Origin: a virus
Length of the DNA: 64,000 nt
IMG/VR virus record: IMGVR_UViG_3300021963_004854
Span: 107,567-171,566 of that record
Reading direction: 5' to 3' (one strand)
Part shown: positions 18,194 through 24,885 of the stretch, piece by piece
How the letters are laid out: each line of letters opens with the position of its first letter
Numbering within the stretch: the first letter of the stretch is position 1
Notes under the pieces: model-generated
The model's input: the letters and a program-made list of their open reading frames with translations, nothing else
Databases searched by the model: none
What the model was told of the DNA's origin: nothing
Position numbers and translations under genes: made by a program

Positions 18194-18784
18194 TTAAAAA
18201 GTTCCGGGGTCTATCAACCCAACTTCTTTAAATGCCCATGCTCTTTCGTTGCATTGCCAACAAGAGCCACAACGTTCTCCTGTAGTTTCAGTGCAACTAT
18301 GAGAGAGTTTAGATATATCTTCTAAAATTCCCGCCTGATGTGCTAACTTGACTGTTTCGCTTTTATCTATTTTTGCAAATGGAAAATGCCAGCCAGTATA
18401 GTTCGCATCAGGCGGAATTCTTACTGGCTCTGTTCCAGGTAGTGTTACGGGTGGATTTTGAGTGTCCGCACTTATCAATGTCTTAAATCCAAAACGAAAT
18501 AGTTGTTCGGCTGGATATGAGATATGTCTACTATGATGTAATCCCACCGGAATTGAAACGATTAGATGGTCTATCTCAATTTCATGTAGTTTTTCTGCCC
18601 ATTCGCAAATCGATTTACCAAAATCTACTGCGGCAGAGCCTCTATCTATCGTAATGCAACGTAGAGAGTTTAAGCCGCTTTTCTTTGCTTCAATGCAATA
18701 TAAATGAAGCATGAGGGCGCTATCGAAACCGCCGCTAATAAACAGTCCGAAATTACCCTCGGGAATAGTAATTGAATACGTCAT
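18194..18784 (-). CDS. QueC-like PP-loop ATP pyrophosphatase
   Basis: SGGFDS; HSC.E....CG.CWQC.ER Zn site; start moved to MTYSITIP. Confidence 0.75.
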   Translation of the reverse strand: MTYSITIPEGNFGLFISGGFDSALMLHLYCIEAKKSGLNSLRCITIDRGSAAVDFGKSICEWAEKLHEIEIDHLIVSIPVGLHHSRHISYPAEQLFRFGFKTLISADTQNPPVTLPGTEPVRIPPDANYTGWHFPFAKIDKSETVKLAHQAGILEDISKLSHSCTETTGERCGSCWQCNERAWAFKEVGLIDPGTF

Positions 18785-18862
18785 AGATGAACCTTTAATA
18801 TAATCACGATTATATTTAGTTTCGAATTTATGCTTGACATTTGGTAGTGAATTAGTTATATA

Positions 18863-19906
18863 ATGATGATGAAGAAAAAATATCAAATTACTCACATGGG
18901 CAAGACCCTCAACACCGACCACTGGTATGACTTACCAGAAGATAAATGTCTGGAGTTGAAGGCTGCGTATTATCAAAAGCCAGATTTTGATTTGGTTGAG
19001 AAAAATCTGCAGGCCGTGCGCAACGGCGGCACTGTTATCAGTACCATTACTAGCTATTATGTGAAAGACCTAATGGCTAAAGTCAAGTTGCAATCTCCTC
19101 GTTGGTCTATCGAACAAGTGTTTGAGTCCAACGATTTGATACGATACTTTTGGAGCCGAGTGCTTTCAAGCGATAAAGTATACCCAAAGACGGATTCAGA
19201 TATCAAGAACTTTGAGGCTGCCCTGCGACTTAGTGGCGGTGGTGTTGCGATGAAGCCGTCTAACTATCCTATTAAGTCAGTAGACGAGGTGTTATCCAAA
19301 TATAACATCAATGGTAAATACTATGATTTCTCGTGTGGTTGGGGCGTAAGATTGCTCTCGGCAATGAGAAATCGGGTTGAGTATTACGGCACTGACCCGA
19401 ATAATCTGTTGGTAGACCGACTTAGGCAGATGGCCACAGATTACAATACTGTAAATGGTACGAATGCATCGTATGACATTAGATGCCATGGTTCTGAAAC
19501 ATTCGTGCCAGAATGGGAAAACACTATCGGAGTAGCCTTTAGTAGCCCCCCGTATTTCAGTCTTGAAGACTATGGTGTTGGCAATCAGTCATATAAGCCT
19601 GGGACTTCCTATCAAGAGTGGCTAGATAACTATCTGCGACCCACGATAGAGAACATCAAGAAATATTTGATTGAAGACGGCAAGATGCTCGTTAACATCA
19701 AAGATTTCTTAGATTACAAGCTATGCGCTGATACTAGAGCCATTGCAGAAAGTCTAGGGTTTCATTATGTTGAAACACTCACGTTGAAGAACATAACGAG
19801 GCCAAGTGCCAAAGCAGATTTGAATACGGATGAAGGCATTATGGTGTTCTCGAAAAAGCCTGTGCAGCCTAACCCATTCAGCGAAACGCTATTCATTTTT
19901 GAATAA
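18863..19906 (+). CDS. DNA amino-methyltransferase (m4C/m6A)
   Basis: YDFSCGWG.RL (motif I) then FSSPPYF..E.Y (motif IV); TTGACA..TATAAT promoter upstream. Confidence 0.85.
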   Translation: MMMKKKYQITHMGKTLNTDHWYDLPEDKCLELKAAYYQKPDFDLVEKNLQAVRNGGTVISTITSYYVKDLMAKVKLQSPRWSIEQVFESNDLIRYFWSRVLSSDKVYPKTDSDIKNFEAALRLSGGGVAMKPSNYPIKSVDEVLSKYNINGKYYDFSCGWGVRLLSAMRNRVEYYGTDPNNLLVDRLRQMATDYNTVNGTNASYDIRCHGSETFVPEWENTIGVAFSSPPYFSLEDYGVGNQSYKPGTSYQEWLDNYLRPTIENIKKYLIEDGKMLVNIKDFLDYKLCADTRAIAESLGFHYVETLTLKNITRPSAKADLNTDEGIMVFSKKPVQPNPFSETLFIFE

Positions 19907-19918
19907 CAAAATTAGTGG

Positions 19919-19978
19919 TTGACATTTACCTGCGAATCAGCTATAAAGAAAGAGTAGTTGATGACGAGGTGATTCGAA
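19919..19978 (+). promoter_or_regulatory. Early promoter cassette (GANTC family)
   Basis: TTGACA 19919, CGAATC 19933, TATAAA 19942, TGATTCG 19970. Confidence 0.85.
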
Positions 19979-20365
19979 ATGCTTACTCTTGCCGATATTA
20001 ATGCTGCCACCAATTCTAAAGATGGCAATATCTATTCCGACCTCTACAAGGATGTTTACGGCAGCCGTCCTCGGTATGCCCAGTTCGCATCCATCGAAGA
20101 GTTCGATGCGGATTTCGAACGCCTTGTGGCTCGTCTGGCCGAACAGATTGACGAAGATAAGATTCGTCAGGATGCAAATCTTGAAGCATTCAAGGTGCGC
20201 GTGGCAGAAACCATGCTTCTTTGTAACTGCGACAAGGTTCGCGCCGTAGAAATCATCGCCGATGCTGAAGGCGAACTTGAGAACCTTGAGTTCTACAGTT
20301 ACGAACGCCTTGAGTGGTACTTCGATATTAAATTCGGAGATATCAAGCAGTGGATGGCTGAATAA
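19979..20365 (+). CDS. Early hypothetical protein
   Basis: YSDLYKDVYG.RPR motif; follows a promoter cassette. Confidence 0.8.
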   Translation: MLTLADINAATNSKDGNIYSDLYKDVYGSRPRYAQFASIEEFDADFERLVARLAEQIDEDKIRQDANLEAFKVRVAETMLLCNCDKVRAVEIIADAEGELENLEFYSYERLEWYFDIKFGDIKQWMAE

Positions 20366-20371
20366 GTTTTT

Positions 20372-20446
20372 GCGCCTGTAGCTCAAAGGTAGAGCCAGCC
20401 CCTCATAAGGGCCAGGTTGCGGGTTCGAGTCCTGCCGGGCGCACCA
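20372..20446 (+). tRNA. tRNA-CAT (probably Ile2; Met possible)
   Basis: Loop CTCATAA; C4:G69 and C5:G68 as in TilS substrates; CCA. Confidence 0.85.
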
Positions 20447-20456
20447 AATATAATAC

Positions 20457-20515
20457 TTGACATTCTCTGTAAATCTGCTATTATGAGAATGTAGTAAGTG
20501 AGAAAGTGATTCGTT
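20457..20515 (+). promoter_or_regulatory. Early promoter cassette
   Basis: TTGACA 20457, AAATC variant, TATTAT 20479, TGATTCG 20507. Confidence 0.8.
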
Positions 20516-20716
20516 ATGGAAGTTTTTGCATTGTTAGGTGAATGGGATTACGAAGGTTCTGTGCTCCTTGGCGTGTATGCGTCTCAAGATGAAGCACGGA
20601 ATGCCCATGGTGTGTATACTCGTGATGGCGATCGGCTCATCGACCGCTACTATGTTGAGCGTCGGACGCTCGGTGCACCTGTAGATTCCGATGAGTATCG
20701 GTACTACATCGGTTAA
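20516..20716 (+). CDS. Early hypothetical protein
   Basis: Follows a promoter cassette; DYEG..LLGVY.S...A. Confidence 0.75.
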   Translation: MEVFALLGEWDYEGSVLLGVYASQDEARNAHGVYTRDGDRLIDRYYVERRTLGAPVDSDEYRYYIG

Positions 20717-20726
20717 AGTTTAACAT

Positions 20727-20802
20727 GGACGATTAGCTCAGTCGGTAGAGCGCGGGACTCTTAATCCTTAGGTCGTAGGTTCGAATCCTACATCGTCTAC
20801 CA
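20727..20802 (+). tRNA. tRNA-Lys(CTT)
   Basis: Cloverleaf, CCA. Confidence 0.93.
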
Positions 20803-20808
20803 TTTCAC

Positions 20809-20884
20809 GGACACTTAGCTCAGTAGGTAGAGCAACGGGCTTTTAACCTGTAGGTCCTGGGTTCGAACCCCAGAGTGTCCACCA
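20809..20884 (+). tRNA. tRNA-Lys(TTT)
   Basis: Cloverleaf, CCA. Confidence 0.95.
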
Positions 20885-20889
20885 TATTT

Positions 20890-20965
20890 GCGAGTGTAGC
20901 TCAGTTGGTAGAGCAAACGACCGATAATCGTTAGGTCACAGGTTCGAACCCTGTCACTCGCACCA
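20890..20965 (+). tRNA. tRNA-Ile(GAT), C33
   Basis: AACGA-CCGATAA-TCGTT, CCA. Confidence 0.9.
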
Positions 20966-20966
20966 T

Positions 20967-21038
20967 ACCAGCAGAACAAGTGTTCGACCGACTCTCATAA
21001 GGTTGGTTCGGGTGGAGCGTTACCACCTGCTGGTACCA
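20967..21038 (+). tRNA. Non-canonical tRNA-like RNA with CAT anticodon
   Basis: ACCAGCA/TGCTGGT acceptor + A + CCA; mini D-arm; 7-bp anticodon stem; T-loop AGCGTTA. Confidence 0.7.
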
Positions 21039-21039
21039 T

Positions 21040-21117
21040 GTCACGATGGCAGAGTGGTCCAATGCAACGGATTGCAAATCCGTAAAGCCGCCGGTTCGAA
21101 TCCGGCTCGTGACTCCA
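21040..21117 (+). tRNA. tRNA-Cys(GCA)
   Basis: Cloverleaf, U73, CCA. Confidence 0.93.
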
Positions 21118-21121
21118 CAAT

Positions 21122-21196
21122 GCGGGTGTAGCTCAGTGGTAGAGCATCTCGTTGCCAACGAGACGGTCGGCGGTTCGAATCCGCTCCCCCGCTCCA
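21122..21196 (+). tRNA. tRNA-Gly(GCC)
   Basis: GCGGG start, U73, CCA. Confidence 0.93.
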
Positions 21197-21199
21197 AAT

Positions 21200-21274
21200 G
21201 GCCCGGTCGTCTAGTGGCTAGGACACCGCCCTTTCAAGGCGGAGAAGCGGGATCGAAACCCGTTCGGGCTACCA
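21200..21274 (+). tRNA. tRNA-Glu(TTC)
   Basis: CCGCC-CTTTCAA-GGCGG, T-loop ATCGAAA, CCA. Confidence 0.92.
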
Positions 21275-21290
21275 TTTAGAAAGTGTTGTT

Positions 21291-21467
21291 ATGGTTAAAA
21301 TGATTTTTGCATTTTTGTTTATTTTTGCCCTTGTATTCTTTGGAATTCAAATTGTTCGAGATATGACAAAAAGTGAAAAATTAGGCTTGACAAAGTTGTT
21401 CGCCTATAGTATAGTGTGTTCTGTAGCAGCGATGGCCGTTGCCACAGCAATTGTTTTGATTTTCTAA
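21291..21467 (+). CDS. Small two-TM membrane protein (58 aa, not in ORF track)
   Basis: MVKMIFAFLFIFALVFFGIQ...AVATAIVLIF*; contains a TTGACA-17-TATAGT promoter (21387-21415) for the next gene. Confidence 0.65.
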   Translation: MVKMIFAFLFIFALVFFGIQIVRDMTKSEKLGLTKLFAYSIVCSVAAMAVATAIVLIF

Positions 21468-21481
21468 GGAATAAAGTTATT

Positions 21482-22279
21482 ATGAAAAGTGTTACCAAAG
21501 CTGTTCTTCTCGCTGGCCTTATGGCAACGACTGCCGCTTGTACCCGGATTGAAACAGGTGAAGTCGGCGTTCGTCGCTCGTTTGATAAGACCATCGAAAC
21601 TACCGAACTTCTGCCTGGTTCTGTAAACCAGACTATCTTCGGTGATGTTATGACCTTTCCCACAAAGGACGTTCAGGTCGATGTTACTGATTTGACGCCT
21701 CTGGCATCTGATAACTCGACTGTTGCTGACTTCGATATGGCAGTCATCTATTCGATTAATCCTGGTTCGGTTGCCGAACTCTACATCGAAAAGAACCGCG
21801 GTTTCCACGCTGATACCGAAGAAGGTGATACGCTGTTGATGTATAACTACATCCGCCAGCTTGGCCGTAATGCTGCATATAAGGTTGCTCGTCGTTACGA
21901 GTCCTTGAAGATGGCAGATAACCGCGCAGAGATGGAACAGATGATTCGCCAGGAAATCGTTAACAGTCTTGTTGCCGAAAAGCTAGATGGTGCAATTTCT
22001 GTTTCACAGGTTCTTGTTCGCCAGGTAAAGCCCGCTGCAAACATCGTAGCATCTGCTAACGCCCTTGTTCAAGCCCAGAATGCTGAAAAGCAGAAGCAGG
22101 TAGAAGTTCGCACCGCAAAGCTAGAAGCACAGCGAATTGCCGCTTTGAATGCCAACGCTGGTGCTACCAAGTATATGGAAGCAACCGCAATTGTTACGAT
22201 TGCAGAAGCAGTGAAAGACGGTAAGGTTAATACCATCGTCATTCCTTATGACTTCAAGGGTATTGTGAACGTTAAGTAA
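21482..22279 (+). CDS. SPFH/Band 7 lipoprotein
   Basis: Lipobox TTAAC, RIETGEVGVR, SPFH core, C-term coiled coil; AAGGA RBS. Confidence 0.88.
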   Translation: MKSVTKAVLLAGLMATTAACTRIETGEVGVRRSFDKTIETTELLPGSVNQTIFGDVMTFPTKDVQVDVTDLTPLASDNSTVADFDMAVIYSINPGSVAELYIEKNRGFHADTEEGDTLLMYNYIRQLGRNAAYKVARRYESLKMADNRAEMEQMIRQEIVNSLVAEKLDGAISVSQVLVRQVKPAANIVASANALVQAQNAEKQKQVEVRTAKLEAQRIAALNANAGATKYMEATAIVTIAEAVKDGKVNTIVIPYDFKGIVNVK

Positions 22280-22287
22280 TACTGATT

Positions 22288-22374
22288 GGAAGGTGGGCAG
22301 GACGGTAATGCAACGCACTGCTAATGCGTCTACTAGAAATGGTAGAGTGGGTTCGACTCCCACACCTTCCGCCA
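22288..22374 (+). tRNA. tRNA-Ser(GCT)
   Basis: Long variable arm, G73, CCA. Confidence 0.93.
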
Positions 22375-22393
22375 GTTATAAGTAATAGAATAT

Positions 22394-22471
22394 GGTGGAT
22401 GTAGCTCAGTTGGTTAGAGTGTCGGCTTGTGATGCCGAATGTCGCGGGTTCGAGTCCCGTCATTCACCCCA
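22394..22471 (+). tRNA. tRNA-His(GTG) with encoded G-1 and C73
   Basis: G-GTGGATG...CATTCAC-C-CCA. Confidence 0.95.
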
Positions 22472-22501
22472 TTAAAAAAATAAAAAAATTGAAAATAATA
22501 C

Positions 22502-22562
22502 TTGACATTTTCGACAAAGTAGTATATATATTAGTTCTGTTCTTTGACATTGTTAGAAGTTT
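22502..22562 (+). promoter_or_regulatory. Promoter plus boxA leader of the second RNA operon (repeat copy 2)
   Basis: A-tract, TTGACA 22502, TATATA, then the 28-bp repeat 22535-22562. Confidence 0.75.
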
Positions 22563-22599
22563 CTAAGTTTGTGTCGGGAGGGTTTCGGCCCTCCCACAT

Positions 22600-22760
22600 A
22601 ACTTATTTAATTACTCCTGCTGAGAGTAGCGCATATGGACGCATATGCTAGGCGGGCTGGGTGGGCCATCTACCAGTCCTGAAATAATCTCAGCAATGGC
22701 TTAGGAGAGGAAGCACCTCACTCCGAAATTCGCTCATGAGCAGGAGTAATTAAATGAGTT
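22600..22760 (+). ncRNA. Unknown structured RNA closed by a 22-bp stem
   Basis: AACTTATTTAATTACTCCTGCT pairs with AGCAGGAGTAATTAAATGAGTT; at least three inner hairpins. Confidence 0.6.
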
Positions 22761-22762
22761 TT

Positions 22763-22838
<76 letters not shown>

Positions 22839-22845
22839 TTCTATA

Positions 22846-22924
22846 GCTAAACTACTCGCATGCCGTATGGTGCATGGAGTCTGTCGAGAATGTTTAGCGT
22901 AAGCACCAAGACGTGAGGTGCTTA
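22846..22924 (+). ncRNA. Two-hairpin structured spacer
   Basis: GCTAAAC/GTTTAGC and TAAGCACC/GGTGCTTA. Confidence 0.4.
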
Positions 22925-22927
22925 TAT

Positions 22928-23002
22928 TCCCTAATGGCGCAGCGGTAGCGCAGTTGACTGTTAATCAATTGGTCGGTGGTTCGAATCCATCTTAGGGAGC
23001 CA
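22928..23002 (+). tRNA. tRNA-Asn(GTT)
   Basis: Cloverleaf, G73, CCA. Confidence 0.95.
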
Positions 23003-23008
23003 GTTTGA

Positions 23009-23083
23009 CGCAGGGTGGAGCAGAGGTAGCTCGTCTGGCTCATAACCAGAAGGTCGTCGGTTCAAGTCCGACTCCTGCAACCA
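23009..23083 (+). tRNA. Initiator tRNA-fMet(CAT)
   Basis: C1.A72 mismatch, GAGC/GCTC D-stem, CCA. Confidence 0.9.
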
Positions 23084-23084
23084 G

Positions 23085-23185
23085 TTTAGTATCTTTGATC
23101 TGGGACACGCATACTAAGTCGTGCATATAAACTAAGATGCCCTGCATTCAGGGCTACGTAGGGGAAGATCCTACAAGATACTAAA
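23085..23185 (+). ncRNA. Unknown multi-stem RNA
   Basis: TTTAGTATCTT/AAGATACTAAA closing stem; GCCCTG/CAGGGC and GTAGG/CCTAC hairpins. Confidence 0.5.
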
Positions 23186-23289
23186 ACACCGCCGCCCGTA
23201 TGGTGTATAACAATCCCGGGCCTAGTTTCTCGTAAATATTTTTCAAAAAAGTATTTACAAACACCACACAGTGGTGTATAAGTAGAGAA

Positions 23290-24142
23290 TAAGAAATGGC
23301 GGTATAGCGTCATTAGGGTAACCTTCGGCAACGAAGGCCAAAGCAGGGACTCCTACGTACCTGCGCCGGTAACGGTCCATCTATACAAGCCCAGGTAAGG
23401 GTTGTCTCGGCCATGGCCGTAAGCAATCCCCGTCAGTAGAATGGCGGTAGGCAGTAAGTGAGTGATATAAGTCCGAAAGGATATGAACAGAGCCAGTCGG
23501 TGAGTTCTAATAGACTGTGGTGGTCTAGCTGTATCGAACCAAACTCGCGAATGCTGAAAAACTAATGGGTAATCGCTGAGTCTGATCTAGCAAGAAAAGG
23601 CAAAGCGGTAGCACAATAGTTGAACCGATGAGGGGAGACTAGAAGTGCGGTTGATTAGTCCGCAAGACGAAAGACATGAGGAGTGTTGTATTTTGTATCT
23701 AACAAGATACGAAGCAACTGGAGCAGCACTTCTTGGTAGGTTCGCAAATTGCTTAATGGTAAAGCAACTGACTCTTAATCAGTAGATTCTAGGTTCAAAT
23801 CCTAGTTTGTAACAAAAAGCGAAAGTCTGCTCCAGTGCTATGTGAAAGGTGCTTAATACCTAACACGGAAGTGAATTGGGTTCACGGATTCCCGCAAGGA
23901 TGAAGTGATTGATCCGAGTGAAGACGTAGCGGTTTAGCGACTGCGAACAGCTTGCAAGGCTGGCGGAAGAACGAAGGTCGAATAGCATAGCATGATAAGT
24001 GATAAGCCACACTTCAAAAAAGGCAGCACTGAGGAATACTAGATGACCAGCGATGGCTCTAGTGGATAACGAGTTAACACTTCTCGCAAGGAAGTCGGTA
24101 CGGCTCAAAGGTCCTCAACTAAAAGCAGTAATCTCATGCTTT
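23290..24142 (+). ncRNA. GOLLD-like giant structured RNA (about 850 nt; ends approximate)
   Basis: No credible + strand ORF; own promoter TTTACA-17-TATAAG; many GCAA/GAAA/TTCG-capped hairpins; ACTGGAGCAG/CTGCTCCAGT long-range stem; 3' end AAAGCAGTAATCTCATGCTTT resembles GOLLD as I recall it; lies in a tRNA array. Confidence 0.7.
23742..23812 (+). tRNA. tRNA-Lys(CTT)-like domain embedded in the giant RNA (no CCA)
   Basis: GCTT-AATGGTA-AAGC, ACTGA-CTCTTAA-TCAGT, CTAGG-TTCAAAT-CCTAG; weak acceptor stem. Confidence 0.7.
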
Positions 24143-24145
24143 ACA

Positions 24146-24238
24146 AAGACTTATTAGATGAACACATCAAACCCACTGGGCGGCAGGTCGACTTAATGCT
24201 GCGATAGCGGTCCCTGGTGTGTTCTTCTAATAAGTTTT
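24146..24238 (+). ncRNA. Unknown RNA closed by a 24-bp stem
   Basis: AAGACTTATTAGATGAACACATCA pairs with TGGTGTGTTCTTCTAATAAGTTTT (one U-U mismatch). Confidence 0.55.
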
Positions 24239-24314
24239 GGGGAATTAGCTCAGATGGTAGAGCGCCAGCTTTGCAAGCTGGATGTCAACGGTTCGATCCC
24301 GTTATTCTCCACCA
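24239..24314 (+). tRNA. tRNA-Ala(TGC)
   Basis: G3:U70, CCA. Confidence 0.95.
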
Positions 24315-24319
24315 ATATA

Positions 24320-24449
24320 GACCACCTATGCTGAACCTCGTGGGGAACCACATAGAGAAAGTGGTAGTGTATGCTGTTGCAACAGTAATTGCTATCTAGG
24401 AAGATTGCAACGTCCGGAAGTAAGCAATCAAGGCACACTGCGGGTGGTC
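24320..24449 (+). ncRNA. Unknown multi-stem RNA, possible pseudoknot
   Basis: GACCACCT/GGGTGGTC closing stem; GTGG/CCAC, ATTGCT/AGCAAT, GTTGCAA/TTGCAAC. Confidence 0.5.
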
Positions 24450-24458
24450 ACTCTTTTT

Positions 24459-24541
24459 GCGCCTATGGTGGAATTGGTAGACACGCTGGTTTTAGGTACC
24501 AGTGCGAAAGCGTGGGGGTTCGAGTCCCTCTAGGCGTACCA
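24459..24541 (+). tRNA. tRNA-Leu(TAG)
   Basis: Type II cloverleaf, CCA. Confidence 0.95.
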
Positions 24542-24547
24542 TTATAT

Positions 24548-24623
24548 GCTCCTGTAGCTCAGTTGGTAGAGCATCGGTTTGAAGAACCGAGTGTCGGCGG
24601 TTCGAACCCGTCTGGGAGCACCA
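24548..24623 (+). tRNA. tRNA-Phe(GAA)
   Basis: TCGGT-TTGAAGA-ACCGA (G37), CCA. Confidence 0.93.
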
Positions 24624-24628
24624 GCTAT

Positions 24629-24713
24629 GGGTCGGTAAAGCCAGTGGCTCTGGCAGTCGGACTGTAAATCCGATCCGTTTTCGGGGGAGGATCGATACCT
24701 CACTGGCCCACCA
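24629..24713 (+). tRNA. tRNA-Tyr(GTA), atypical D- and T-arms
   Basis: TCGGA-CTGTAAA-TCCGA, V-arm CCG-TTTT-CGG, T-loop ATCGATA, CCA. Confidence 0.8.
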
Positions 24714-24714
24714 A

Positions 24715-24791
24715 GGTCTGGTAGCTCAGTTGGTTAGAGCGTCGGCCTGTCACGCCGAAGGTCGCGGGTTCAAGTCCCGTCCAGATCGCCA
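24715..24791 (+). tRNA. tRNA-Asp(GTC)
   Basis: Cloverleaf, G73, CCA. Confidence 0.95.
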
Positions 24792-24810
24792 TTACAATAA
24801 ATATATTCAT

Positions 24811-24883
24811 GCGACTGTTCTCCTGGGTGAGGACTCAGCCTTCCAAGCTGACGGAGAGGGTTCGAATCCCTTCGGTCGCTCCA
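24811..24883 (+). tRNA. tRNA-Gly(TCC), atypical D-arm
   Basis: TCAGC-CTTCCAA-GCTGA, U73, CCA. Confidence 0.85.
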
Positions 24884-24885
24884 AT

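Noticed and set aside
18194-18784. 7-deazaguanine DNA modification system
   Set aside because: Only a QueC-like gene is present; no dpdA, queD, queE or folE in the window
18863-19906. The methyltransferase as a phage CcrM for the GANTC promoters
   Set aside because: Motif order is FxGxG then SPPY, whereas CcrM is beta-class with DPPY first. Its target cannot be inferred, despite sitting next to a cassette
22619-22730. Hammerhead ribozyme or glycine riboswitch
   Set aside because: No CTGANGA core in the right context; only short GGAGA/GAAA resemblances
23742-23812. Independent functional tRNA-Lys
   Set aside because: Weak acceptor stem, no CCA (all others encode it), and nested within long-range stems of the giant RNA
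24170-24214. Twister ribozyme (TAATGCTGC...GCGGTCCC resembles the twister 5' half)
   Set aside because: The AAGC and GAGGG-type pseudoknot partners cannot be placed
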